A stretch of 64,000 nt of DNA, taken from the NCBI GenBank assembly GCA_021775425.1, contig JAJFHX010000048.1:45445-109444 (forward strand), read 5' to 3'. This stretch comes from Hyphomicrobiales bacterium. Lineage in GTDB: Bacteria; Pseudomonadota; Alphaproteobacteria; Rhizobiales; HXMU1428-3. Positions within the stretch are counted from its first letter, which is position 1; every line of letters begins with the position of its first letter. The notes beneath the pieces are model-generated. The model searched no databases. It saw only the letters and a program-made list of their open reading frames with translations, and was not told where the DNA came from. Shown here in pieces: positions 54,944 through 64,000 of the stretch. The position numbers and the translations under genes were made by a program.

Positions 54944-56053
54944 TTACAATTGAAGAGACTTAATCCCAAGGTCAGTTTCATCAAACTCTAAAGGCGGATG
55001 CACTGTCCGAATGGCAGACCGTAAAACAGCTGAACGCGCTCTTTTATTGAATGACATCTCTTCTTCACTAGCTTTAACAGCCTTAGGGTTAATGATTTGA
55101 AAACTTGGGCAACTTTCTTTGTTAAGATCCGGTAAATGTCTGGATTGATTTGGCACACGCCCCGCCGCTGTGCGCAGGTAATTTTTCACGATTCTGTCTT
55201 CAAGAGAGTGAAACGAAACCACAACCAGCCGCCCACCGGGCTTTAAAATCTGGCTGGCAGCATTCAACCCTCTCAGCAATTCCCCAAGCTCATCATTGAG
55301 ATAAATTCTGAGCGCCTGAAAAGAGCGTGTCGCCGGGTGTATCTTGTCACTCGCCTTTTTAAAGACCACCTTTTCAATCAGCTCAGCAAGCTCTGTTGTG
55401 GTCCTGAATGGTTCATCCACCCTGCGCTCAACAATCGCTTTTGCAATATAGCGGGATTTACGCTCTTCGCCGAAACGATAAAGCACATTGGCTATCTCTT
55501 CTTCAGCAAGGCCATTAACAAGATCCGCCGCAGTCGGCCCTGATTGAGACATCCGCATATCAAGCGGCCCACTGTTCCTGAATGAAAAACCACGCCCCTC
55601 CTGGTCCAGTTGCATGGAAGAAACGCCAATATCAAGTACAACGCCGTCAACCTGGGTAATCCCGAGTTTCAGCGCATGAGAGACCATATCAGAAAAGCGC
55701 CCTTCACAAAGCTCTAGCCTCGGCCCGAATTCTCTCAGCATAGAGCGCCCGTCCCTGATTGCATCCGGGTCCTGATCAATGCCAATGACCCGCGCATTCG
55801 TGCCTGATAAAATCGCCCGCGAATAACCGCCGGCCCCAAACGTACCGTCAATGTAAATTTCTTCATTGTCAGAGGAAATGCCATCGGCAACCGTTTTAAT
55901 GACAGTGCTGAGCGTATCTTTATCTTGCCGACGCTGCTTTTTGTGATCACGTTCCGGCGTTTCAAGCAGAGCCGTCATCACTTCATTTAAAAGGACAGGA
56001 ATGTGACGGTCGGTACCGCCTGCAAAGCCTTCTATTTTCGCCTCGCTCACCAT
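54944..56053 (-). CDS. rsmH: 16S rRNA m4C1402 methyltransferase
   Basis: HIPVLL, DGTFGAGGYS, LDIGVSSMQLD, HPATRSFQALRI, SFHSLEDRIVK. Confidence 0.96.
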   Translation of the reverse strand: MVSEAKIEGFAGGTDRHIPVLLNEVMTALLETPERDHKKQRRQDKDTLSTVIKTVADGISSDNEEIYIDGTFGAGGYSRAILSGTNARVIGIDQDPDAIRDGRSMLREFGPRLELCEGRFSDMVSHALKLGITQVDGVVLDIGVSSMQLDQEGRGFSFRNSGPLDMRMSQSGPTAADLVNGLAEEEIANVLYRFGEERKSRYIAKAIVERRVDEPFRTTTELAELIEKVVFKKASDKIHPATRSFQALRIYLNDELGELLRGLNAASQILKPGGRLVVVSFHSLEDRIVKNYLRTAAGRVPNQSRHLPDLNKESCPSFQIINPKAVKASEEEMSFNKRARSAVLRSAIRTVHPPLEFDETDLGIKSLQL

Positions 56054-56189
56054 CATCACTCCTACCCTTAACAAATTATGGCCAATTGACCCTGTTCATT
56101 ACCAAGCTGTTCTACTTAATTTACCATACCTCGGCTGAGATAGCTCAATTTCATCTCACTGAAAATTAAAGCACTTGACAAAAACCCTT

Positions 56190-56651
56190 TTATTTTTCCC
56201 CTGTTCTTGCCTGCCCTAGCAGCTTTCTCAAATCTCTGACCTTGCCGCGTGCTGCGTTCCGCGCTGCCTCAAATTTAGCAGGCTCCCACATCTGAAACTT
56301 GTCCCCAAGCCCGACAAACGTCACCTGTCCCTCAAATCCTGCCACATCGCGAAGCCGTTGCGGTAAAGTGATACGGCCATCATTATCTATTTTAATATAT
56401 TCACTTTCACCAAACAGCGCTGTTGCAAGCTGGTCTTTTTCATCTGAATAAGGCGCCAGATCTTCAAGCAAACCGCGAATATGTTTGACAAGCCGGGGCC
56501 CGCCAGCATCAAGCGCCTCTGCATCAAGCGCCGGATGGCAGAATATTTCGTCAGAGTTTTCTTTGGCCAGAACCGTGCGAAAAGATGCCGGGACAGAAAC
56601 CCGTCCCTTGGCGTCTATCTTATTCGTAAAGCTGGAAACAAACTCATCCAT
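56190..56651 (-). CDS. mraZ: Transcriptional regulator MraZ
   Basis: NKIDAKGRVSVPASFR and DNDGRITLP, two SpoVT-AbrB-like repeats. Confidence 0.95.
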   Translation of the reverse strand: MDEFVSSFTNKIDAKGRVSVPASFRTVLAKENSDEIFCHPALDAEALDAGGPRLVKHIRGLLEDLAPYSDEKDQLATALFGESEYIKIDNDGRITLPQRLRDVAGFEGQVTFVGLGDKFQMWEPAKFEAARNAARGKVRDLRKLLGQARTGEK

Positions 56652-56890
56652 CAGCGCAGCTCACAGGTTTAAATTAAATGCCCGATAGTCTTGAGAAGCG
56701 GCACAACCGCCCTCACTGCTCTGGATCAAATCCCCCCGATTGAGGTCCCAGGCTTTCGTAAAAGTTCAAACTGACCAGATCCCAGACGATCCCATTTTCG
56801 CGGCTTCTTATCTCCGCTCCATCTGAAACGCTTCACTTCAAAACTGAAAAGACCCCTCAATCCAACTTTGAAGCACCAATTTGAATGGAG

Positions 56891-56956
56891 AAAAAAAGGA
56901 GGGTTGGCGGCAGCACCGCCTGTGGCCTCGTTGGCAATGCGCTCACACCAACCCTC
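56891..56956 (-). terminator. Terminator/attenuator-like structure in the mraZ leader
   Basis: Minus-strand GAGGGTTGG...CCAACCCTC 9-bp stem followed by C and T7. Confidence 0.6.
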
Positions 56957-56977
56957 ATCAATCCCACATCATCCAAA

Positions 56978-57017
56978 TGGGTATATATGGAATACTATGG
57001 GATTTTATGGGTGTCAA
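56978..57017 (-). promoter_or_regulatory. dcw (mraZ) promoter overlapped by four MraZ-type boxes
   Basis: Minus-strand TTGACA (57017..57012)-N17-TATTCC. Plus-strand TGGGT, TGGAA, TGGGA and TGGGT at an exact 10-nt period starting at 56978, 56988, 56998 and 57008. Confidence 0.75.
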
Positions 57018-57023
57018 CGGAAA

Positions 57024-57046
57024 TTAATGGTTTATTTAGGATTAAC
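57024..57046. promoter_or_regulatory. Two overlapping CtrA-like boxes just upstream of the mraZ -35
   Basis: TTAA-TGGTTTA-TTTA and TTTA-TTTAGGA-TTAAC, each one mismatch from TTAA-N7-TTAA. Confidence 0.5.
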
Positions 57047-57505
57047 CATGGGAAAACCTAAATATTTTGCCCCTTTTCACGAAAAACTATCTGCAATAAC
57101 GGTTTTCAGAGCCACAAAATCACGCAAAACAGCCGCGATTCAGCCAGAAACTGCCAAAATTCTTCGAAATTTCATCAATTGAATGCCTCAGGCGAACGCC
57201 GTGGCAAAGAAGCAACAACAGGGCGGTTTTCCAGGGTGATCCCTTGAGAGAAAATCAGTTAATCCTGCCCAGCGCCCGGAACACCACCACCACTCCCAGA
57301 TTAACCCACAGCATTGACCCTTCAGAGAATTGACGTCCCATAAAGGAAGTGGCAAAACCAGAGACTGAATTGAATTTGAGTGAATTGTTGATTATGTGAA
57401 AATCGTCAATGTTCTGCCCTCTTCACTCGCTAACGAGAAATCAGAGCGTCTCTCGCCTTCAAGGCCTACGAAACAACTCCGTTCAACGGGAAAGAATGAA
57501 TAAAA

Positions 57506-57901
57506 ATGAGTCAGCAAGCGGCATCGAGTTTCACTGTCACTTCCTGGGTTGAACAACCCTTTGAAGGTGAAACCGGCGGCATTAAAATTACGCAGGCTGT
57601 TGTTTCCACCAGCTTTGTAGGAGACGTCACGGGCGTTGGCTCTGTGATCTACATCATGAAGCACCAGCCGGATGGCACAGCCAAATTCATCGGGCTTCAA
57701 CAAATCAACGGCGCCATAGGGGGGCTGAACGGCAGTTTCGCCATTGAGCAAACCGGTTATTTTGATGGCAAAGAAGCCAAGGGAACCTGCGTGATTAAAC
57801 AAGGCACCGGAACAGGCGCTCTTGCAAACATTAACGGCCAGGGTGAGTTCACCGCACCCATGGGCCGTGAAGGCACCTTAAATCTGACCTTCAGTCTTTA
57901 A
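57506..57901 (+). CDS. DUF3224 domain protein
   Basis: FTVTSWVE, FVGDVTG, GSFAIEQTG, GTGTGALANING; all-beta pattern. Confidence 0.8.
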   Translation: MSQQAASSFTVTSWVEQPFEGETGGIKITQAVVSTSFVGDVTGVGSVIYIMKHQPDGTAKFIGLQQINGAIGGLNGSFAIEQTGYFDGKEAKGTCVIKQGTGTGALANINGQGEFTAPMGREGTLNLTFSL

Positions 57902-57937
57902 TCAGTTATTACGGAATTAAATGCCAGATCAGGCAAG

Positions 57938-58543
57938 TCACTTGCCTTCAGGTGGCTGCGTCGCCTGCATTGAAGGCCGCAACCTCATTTTTTGATACCA
58001 CGCTGAAAGATCCGTATGCCGGTCACGCCATTTCATATGCGGCATTCTGAAATCCACATAAGCCATAGCGCAGGCAATTGAAATATGACCCAGATTGATC
58101 TGCTCATCCATGGCTTTGATGGTTTTAGCCGCCGCACCAATACCGCGCGCCACTGCAATTTCATCCCGAATGATAAGCTCTTTAATCTGTTTTTCAGCAG
58201 GCCTGTTCCGCTCTTTAACAGAACGCACCGCAACATCCATAATCGTATCCGCTAATGTCTGAGCTTGCAGCACAAACCACCGGCTGGCTCCACTGGCAGG
58301 CACAAATTTCGGCCCCTGCATATTGGTTTCAATATAATCAGCAATCAGTTTGCTGTCATAGAAGGAGACACCGTTCTTCAAAACCAGCACCGGAATCCGC
58401 GCCATCGGGTTATGTTCAAGCAGCTCAGCCGGGTCTTCCCATGGGTTACAACTGGTCAGCTCAATATCGTCATAGCCCTTTTCAATCAGCAACACCCGGA
58501 TTTTTCTGACAAACGGCGATGTTGGACTGCCTAATAATTTCAT
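57938..58543 (-). CDS. Glutathione S-transferase family protein
   Basis: SPTSPFVRKIRV, NPMARIPVL, YDSKLIADY, ISIACAMAYVDFR. Confidence 0.9.
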   Translation of the reverse strand: MKLLGSPTSPFVRKIRVLLIEKGYDDIELTSCNPWEDPAELLEHNPMARIPVLVLKNGVSFYDSKLIADYIETNMQGPKFVPASGASRWFVLQAQTLADTIMDVAVRSVKERNRPAEKQIKELIIRDEIAVARGIGAAAKTIKAMDEQINLGHISIACAMAYVDFRMPHMKWRDRHTDLSAWYQKMRLRPSMQATQPPEGK

Positions 58544-58638
58544 TTCTGCCCCCGCAATAAACAACCCGTCACACGCACTGGTTGTGTTTTATTTTCATAG
58601 ATTTGCTCCCTGTGTCAAGAAACAAACCTTTATTTGCT

Positions 58639-59079
<441 letters not shown>

Positions 59080-59127
59080 ATTCATAGGGTTTTGGCAACC
59101 TATCAACACCCCGTCAAGCCAAAACTG

Positions 59128-59961
59128 TTATTTTGAAATCTCTTTAACCAGCAAGTCAATTAACATAGCCGTTTCATGGTCAATAACGCTGTTAACCAGT
59201 TGCGGCCGATAATGACGCTGAAATGCAGCAATCACCAGCCCAGTGCGCTCATCAAACTCCGAACTAACCTCAACACCATACCCGATGCGCTGCAACTTCT
59301 GCTGAATGTCTTTCACTTTTTCTGCGTTCAGCTCAACCGACTTTGCGCGCATAGTCAGCACATCATTTTCATCAAGCTCAACAAAACAACCAACACCAGC
59401 CTTCGCCAGACCTTTCCAGTCAAAATGCGCTCCAGGGTCCTGCTTCCTGTGCGGCGCCACATCAGAATGCCCAAGCACCCTTGCCGGGTGAATGCCATGC
59501 CGCTCAACTATATCAACACAAAGCGCCGTCACCGCCTCCATCTGCGCCCGTCCATAGGCCGGCAACCGCGCAAGCGCATAACCCTGATTTTGAATTTCGA
59601 TGCCAATAGAACAGGAATTTATATCGCTCTCACCGGCCCAAAAAGCTTCCCCCGCATGCCAGGCCCGCTCAGCCTCAGGCACCATCTGAATAATCCGCCC
59701 CATACCATCAACCAGATAATGCGATGAAACACCAGCCAGAGGAGATGTCAGCAGATGAAGGGCATAGTCATTGGTTGGTGTCGCGGTATAATGCAATAGC
59801 AGCATGTCTGGCTTAACACCGGCCTTACGCTCGTTAAAATTAGGCGAAGGCACATAGTTTTCCGGCAACACAAGCGACGTATCATTCGGACATGTTTCCC
59901 TTGTGTCAGATGACATCTTAGAAGGTGACCTCCTATAATGTGGAATATCAGCTCCGGTCAA
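59128..59961 (-). CDS. N-acetylmuramoyl-L-alanine amidase (Amidase_2, AmiD-like) with a peptidoglycan-binding tail
   Basis: PSPNFNER, LLHYT, VSSHYLV, RAWHAG, SIGIEI, GHSDVAPHRKQDPG, AFQRHYRP. Alternative ATG at 59916. Confidence 0.92.
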   Translation of the reverse strand: MTGADIPHYRRSPSKMSSDTRETCPNDTSLVLPENYVPSPNFNERKAGVKPDMLLLHYTATPTNDYALHLLTSPLAGVSSHYLVDGMGRIIQMVPEAERAWHAGEAFWAGESDINSCSIGIEIQNQGYALARLPAYGRAQMEAVTALCVDIVERHGIHPARVLGHSDVAPHRKQDPGAHFDWKGLAKAGVGCFVELDENDVLTMRAKSVELNAEKVKDIQQKLQRIGYGVEVSSEFDERTGLVIAAFQRHYRPQLVNSVIDHETAMLIDLLVKEISK

Positions 59962-60677
59962 AGACCACGCTCCCTCGATAACTCATCGTAGGCCTCATTA
60001 ATCGCCTGCAACCGCGCCGTCGCAATGGCCACAAATTCCTCAGGCACACCTCTCGCGATTAATTTATCCGGGTGGTTTTCCCTGACCAGCTGGCGATAAT
60101 GCGATTTGATTTCACTGTCTTCAGCTCCAGGCTCAATGCCAAGAATTTTATAAGGGTTTTCTTTGCAATTGATCACATGCCGCGCCTGAATATTTGCAAA
60201 CTCAACCTCGCTGAAACCAAAAATCCGCGCCACTTCTTCAAGAAATGAAATTTCATTCGGATGCAGGATATTGTCCGCCTTGGCAATATGAAACAACCCA
60301 TCCAGCACATCTGCCAGAATCTGCTTCTCACCCTTCATGCAATTAGCAAGTTGTTTTGCATAAGCATCAAAACCGGCCACATCCTGCTTGGCAAGGTTAA
60401 ACAGCCGGGCCACATTTTCCGCGTCATCTTCCGGCACCTTGAACACTTCTTTAAAAGCCGCGATCTCATCTTTCACCACAACGCCATCAGCCTTGGCCAT
60501 CTTGGCCCCAAGCGCAATCACCCCAACTGTAAAAGCAACTTCACAGTCAGTCGGCCGCTCACCGTCAACCCAGTGGTCAATACCAAAATGTCCGGCCATC
60601 AGCCCAAGCAACCCACCAACCGGCCCACCAACAGCCAGCCCGGCAGCCCCACCAGCGACTTTCCCCCATATGGACAT
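59958..60677 (-). CDS. djlA: DjlA-like co-chaperone (TerB-like domain plus C-terminal J domain)
   Basis: MSIWGK, AKMAKADG, NPYKILGI...RENHPDK (HPD motif). Confidence 0.85.
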   Translation of the reverse strand: MSIWGKVAGGAAGLAVGGPVGGLLGLMAGHFGIDHWVDGERPTDCEVAFTVGVIALGAKMAKADGVVVKDEIAAFKEVFKVPEDDAENVARLFNLAKQDVAGFDAYAKQLANCMKGEKQILADVLDGLFHIAKADNILHPNEISFLEEVARIFGFSEVEFANIQARHVINCKENPYKILGIEPGAEDSEIKSHYRQLVRENHPDKLIARGVPEEFVAIATARLQAINEAYDELSRERGL

Positions 60678-60895
60678 AAAATTTCCTTTTCATTATAAGC
60701 GGCTGCCTGAAAACTCAGGCAACCAACAGTCGAATATCGCAATTCGTCATTTTTTAGAGATCATAAAGGGTTTTAACCGGTTGAAAAAGCCCCTTTTAAA
60801 ATGAAAGTCAGATAGATTTCAATTAACTGATACCCAGCTCTTTCATACCTCTCAGACAGCTTGACAATAATTTTCAAAGCCGCGAAATATACCCC

Positions 60896-63800
60896 ATGAG
60901 CAGACAAACAAAAGCCAGCAACAAACAAAAACCAAAATGGTCATTCTGGATTGATCGCGGCGGCACCTTCACAGACATTCTGGCCAAAACACCAGAAGGC
61001 GAAATCGTTTCAGAAAAGCTCTTATCAGTTAACAAATCCCAATATCAGGACGCAGCAATAGAAGGCATCCGTCGCTCTTTAAAACTGAGCCCAGGCGATG
61101 TTATCCCGTCAGACTGTATTGATACGGTTAAAATGGGCACAACTGTCGCAACCAATGCCCTGCTGGAGCATAAAGGCGAACCGACCCTGTTGTTAACAAG
61201 TGAGGGGCTTGAAGACTGTCTTGAAATCGGCACGCAAGCCAGAAAGGACATCTTCGCGCTCAATATCATAAAGCCTGAAATGCTCTACACCAGCTCAGTA
61301 GCCATAAAAGAGCGGCTATACGCAAATGGCGAAATCAAAACTCCGCTAGATCTTAAAGAAGCAAAGTCTGTTCTGGAGCAGCACTACAAGAAAGGCCTGC
61401 GCGCCGTTGCGATATTATTCATGCACAGTTACCAGTTTCCAGAGCATGAACAGCAAGTCGCAGAACTGGCCAAAAATATCGGCTACACCCAGATTTCACA
61501 AAGTCATAAAGTCAGCCCGCTGATCAAATACATCCCCCGCGGTGACACCACAATGGTAGATGCCTACCTCACCCCGCTCCTTCATCTCTATACAAACAAA
61601 GTCGCCAATGAGCTTGATCTTGCCCGCACCAACATCAAACTTTATTTCATGACCTCATTAGGCACCCTCACTGAGCGCGACAAGTTTAACGGAAAAGATG
61701 CCATCCTTTCAGGCCCGGCCGGGGGCATCGTCGGCGCAGCCAAAACCGCCGAAGCTGCCGGCATTGAAAAAATTATCTGTTTTGATATGGGCGGCACCTC
61801 CACAGATGTCGCTCACTTTGCCGGACAATATGACCTCAGCTTTGAAACTGAAATTGCTGGAAAACGGCTCCAGTCTCCTATGCTGCACATTCATACAGTC
61901 GCAGCAGGCGGCGGCTCTATTCTCGGCTTCACTCATGGTCGCATGACAGCAGGGCCTGAAAGCGCTGGCGCTGACCCGGGCCCCCTTGCTTACAGAAACA
62001 ACGGCCCGCTAACCATTACAGATGCCAATTTAATGACTGGGCGTATTCACCCTGATTATTTTCCAAAAATTTTCGGCACCGCTCATGACCAGGCACTGGA
62101 TTATCAAGCGGTTAAAACCGCCTTTGAACACCGCGCCAGAGAGATCAGCAAATCGCTTGATGGCTCACCTCCATTAACACCTGAAGAATGCGCAGATGGT
62201 TATCTGAAGATCGCCAATGAAAACATGGCCGCCGCCATTAAGAAAATTTCCGTCGAGCGCGGCATTGATATAAAAGACTACACCCTCCAGTGTTATGGCG
62301 GCGCAGGCGGCCAGCACGCTGTCGGCATAGCTGAAAGCCTTGGCATCAGCAAAATATACATCCACGCTCATTCAAGCCTGCTTTCCGCCTATGGCATGGG
62401 GCTCGCCAGTGAAGCCGCCCGCAAAAGAACCATGCTAAACCTCAATCTTGCCCCCCATGAAGAGGAACAACACCTCAAAAAAACAATGGCGACGATAAAA
62501 GAACAGGCAGCAGATCTATCATCAAAAGCCAGAAAAGAACTGGACAGCCAACTAGCAGATGATGAATTAAAACAAACCATCACCTGTTATTTAAACTACC
62601 AAAATCAGGAAACCAAAATCCCGGTTCGCTTGAGAGATCCCGCAACCATGCTGCAAGACTTTGAAGAAAGCCACCTGCGCCAGTTCGGCTTCCTCCAGCA
62701 GCAAACACCCATTAAAATCACCCAGCTTGAAGTCGAAATTGCCACCACCCCACAAGTCCCTGAAGAAATACCACCAACTGAAAATCCAAAAGGTATTACG
62801 CAAGAAAAACAGGCTTCAGATTTTCCTGAAAACACCACTCACACCAATATCTACCACAACGGTGCCTGGCATCAGTCCCTGCTGTTTCATGATGATGCAG
62901 CCCAGACCAGAAAACAGACCATAAAACTCACAGGCCCGGCGCTCTATGTCTCATCCCATCAGACTGTTTTTGCCCCAACTGGCTGGCATCTGACCAGAAA
63001 CACCAACGGCCACATCAACCTGATAAAGAATGAAGCTGAGCAAACGGCATCCACTACAACTGAGCAACAAAAGCCCAGCCAGCACAAAACAGAAAATCCA
63101 GACCTCAAGCCCAACCCGATCCAGCTAGAGCTATACAACAACCTCTTTATGTCGATCGCAGAACAAATGGGTGAAGCTCTCAGAGCCACAGCACAATCCG
63201 TCAACATTAAAGAGCGACTTGATTTTTCATGCGCCATATTTGACAAACACGGCGCACTCATTGCCAACGCCCCGCACATGCCCGTGCATCTGGGGTCTAT
63301 GGATAGAGCCGTCGAAGCCATCATCAAAGCCACTCAAAATGGAGACCAATTAAAACCGGGTGATGCCTATATGATCAACGCCCCCTATAGCGGCGGCACC
63401 CACCTGCCTGACATCACTGTCATTACCCCGGTCTTCCACCAGAAAGAGTTGATCGCCTTCGTCGCCTCAAGGGGCCACCACGCCGATATTGGCGGCATCA
63501 CCCCCGGCTCCATGAGCCCAAACGCCACCACCATCAATGAAGAAGGCATCCTGATAGAATGTTTTAAACTGGTCGATCAGAATAATTTCAAAGAACAGGA
63601 AGTCTTCGAACGACTAACCAATCACCCTCACCCGGCCCGTAACCCGGCGCAGAACATCGCTGACTTAAAAGCCCAGCTTGCTGCCAACTCAAAAGGCATC
63701 AGAGAACTGGAAACAATTATCACCAATAAAGGCCTTGATGAGCTGCAAAATTATATGGATTTTGTTCAGGATCAGGCAGAACAAGCCGTCATCGAGATGA

Positions 63801-64000
63801 TAAAGAGGCTCAACAAAAATGAAGCCTCTTCTTTTAAAGGTGAATTTCAATGTGAAATGGACCCGATTAATCAGCAGAGCAATCACATCAAAGTAAAAAT
63901 CACACCGGATGCGGCGAATGAAAAGTTGACCATTGATTTTACAGGCACCAGCCCCCAGACAAACAACAACTTCAACGCCCCTGAACCCGTGACCAGAGCC
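60896..64000 (+). CDS. ATP-dependent 5-oxoprolinase / fused hydantoinase A+B, truncated by the window end
   Basis: Not in the ORF track because there is no stop before the window end. Manual translation gives [65 protein letters not shown] and [10 protein letters not shown]. Confidence 0.93.
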   Translation, partial: MSRQTKASNKQKPKWSFWIDRGGTFTDILAKTPEGEIVSEKLLSVNKSQYQDAAIEGIRRSLKLSPGDVIPSDCIDTVKMGTTVATNALLEHKGEPTLLLTSEGLEDCLEIGTQARKDIFALNIIKPEMLYTSSVAIKERLYANGEIKTPLDLKEAKSVLEQHYKKGLRAVAILFMHSYQFPEHEQQVAELAKNIGYTQISQSHKVSPLIKYIPRGDTTMVDAYLTPLLHLYTNKVANELDLARTNIKLYFMTSLGTLTERDKFNGKDAILSGPAGGIVGAAKTAEAAGIEKIICFDMGGTSTDVAHFAGQYDLSFETEIAGKRLQSPMLHIHTVAAGGGSILGFTHGRMTAGPESAGADPGPLAYRNNGPLTITDANLMTGRIHPDYFPKIFGTAHDQALDYQAVKTAFEHRAREISKSLDGSPPLTPEECADGYLKIANENMAAAIKKISVERGIDIKDYTLQCYGGAGGQHAVGIAESLGISKIYIHAHSSLLSAYGMGLASEAARKRTMLNLNLAPHEEEQHLKKTMATIKEQAADLSSKARKELDSQLADDELKQTITCYLNYQNQETKIPVRLRDPATMLQDFEESHLRQFGFLQQQTPIKITQLEVEIATTPQVPEEIPPTENPKGITQEKQASDFPENTTHTNIYHNGAWHQSLLFHDDAAQTRKQTIKLTGPALYVSSHQTVFAPTGWHLTRNTNGHINLIKNEAEQTASTTTEQQKPSQHKTENPDLKPNPIQLELYNNLFMSIAEQMGEALRATAQSVNIKERLDFSCAIFDKHGALIANAPHMPVHLGSMDRAVEAIIKATQNGDQLKPGDAYMINAPYSGGTHLPDITVITPVFHQKELIAFVASRGHHADIGGITPGSMSPNATTINEEGILIECFKLVDQNNFKEQEVFERLTNHPHPARNPAQNIADLKAQLAANSKGIRELETIITNKGLDELQNYMDFVQDQAEQAVIEMIKRLNKNEASSFKGEFQCEMDPINQQSNHIKVKITPDAANEKLTIDFTGTSPQTNNNFNAPEPVTRA

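Noticed and set aside
56868-57182. 104-aa plus-strand ORF over the mraZ promoter
   Set aside because: It runs antisense through the promoter and operator, uses a TTG start and has no family resemblance.
57392-57802. 136-aa minus-strand ORF
   Set aside because: Antisense to the better-supported DUF3224 gene.
60896-64000. Apparent 3-kb ORF-free region or pseudogene in the ORF track
   Set aside because: It is a continuous oxoprolinase frame with no stop before the window end.

Overview
Core-genome segment of an alphaproteobacterium, most likely Hyphomicrobiales (permuted two-piece tmRNA, alpha-type SspB, alpha-type dcw order). From left to right: partial miaA, serB, an MscS-like gene, degP/DUF2065/hflC/hflK, two tandem soluble chemoreceptors, folA, thyA, ssrA, sspB, fumC, an RHH protein, asmA, a ClC channel, uvrD, DUF3754, prmA, aminopeptidase P, an FAD monooxygenase, the whole division and cell wall (dcw) cluster on the minus strand (mraZ to ftsZ, lpxC, bamD, ligA), DUF3224, GST, rnpB, an amidase, a djlA-like gene and a 5-oxoprolinase that runs off the window end. 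I found no phage, integrase, transposase or CRISPR array. The notable signals lie in and around the dcw cluster: a 787-aa FtsZ with a linker of about 450 aa; a long mraZ leader with MraZ boxes, CtrA-like boxes and a terminator/alternative hairpin resembling UpsM; a duplicated hairpin that contains the murE stop codon; a possible non-canonical ATC start for murD; and no recN at its usual position. Outside it are paired transmembrane-less chemoreceptors with a C-terminal sensor-like domain, a 118-nt structured tmRNA intervening segment and an elongated P9 in RNase P RNA. All family calls come from motif recognition; no database search was run.
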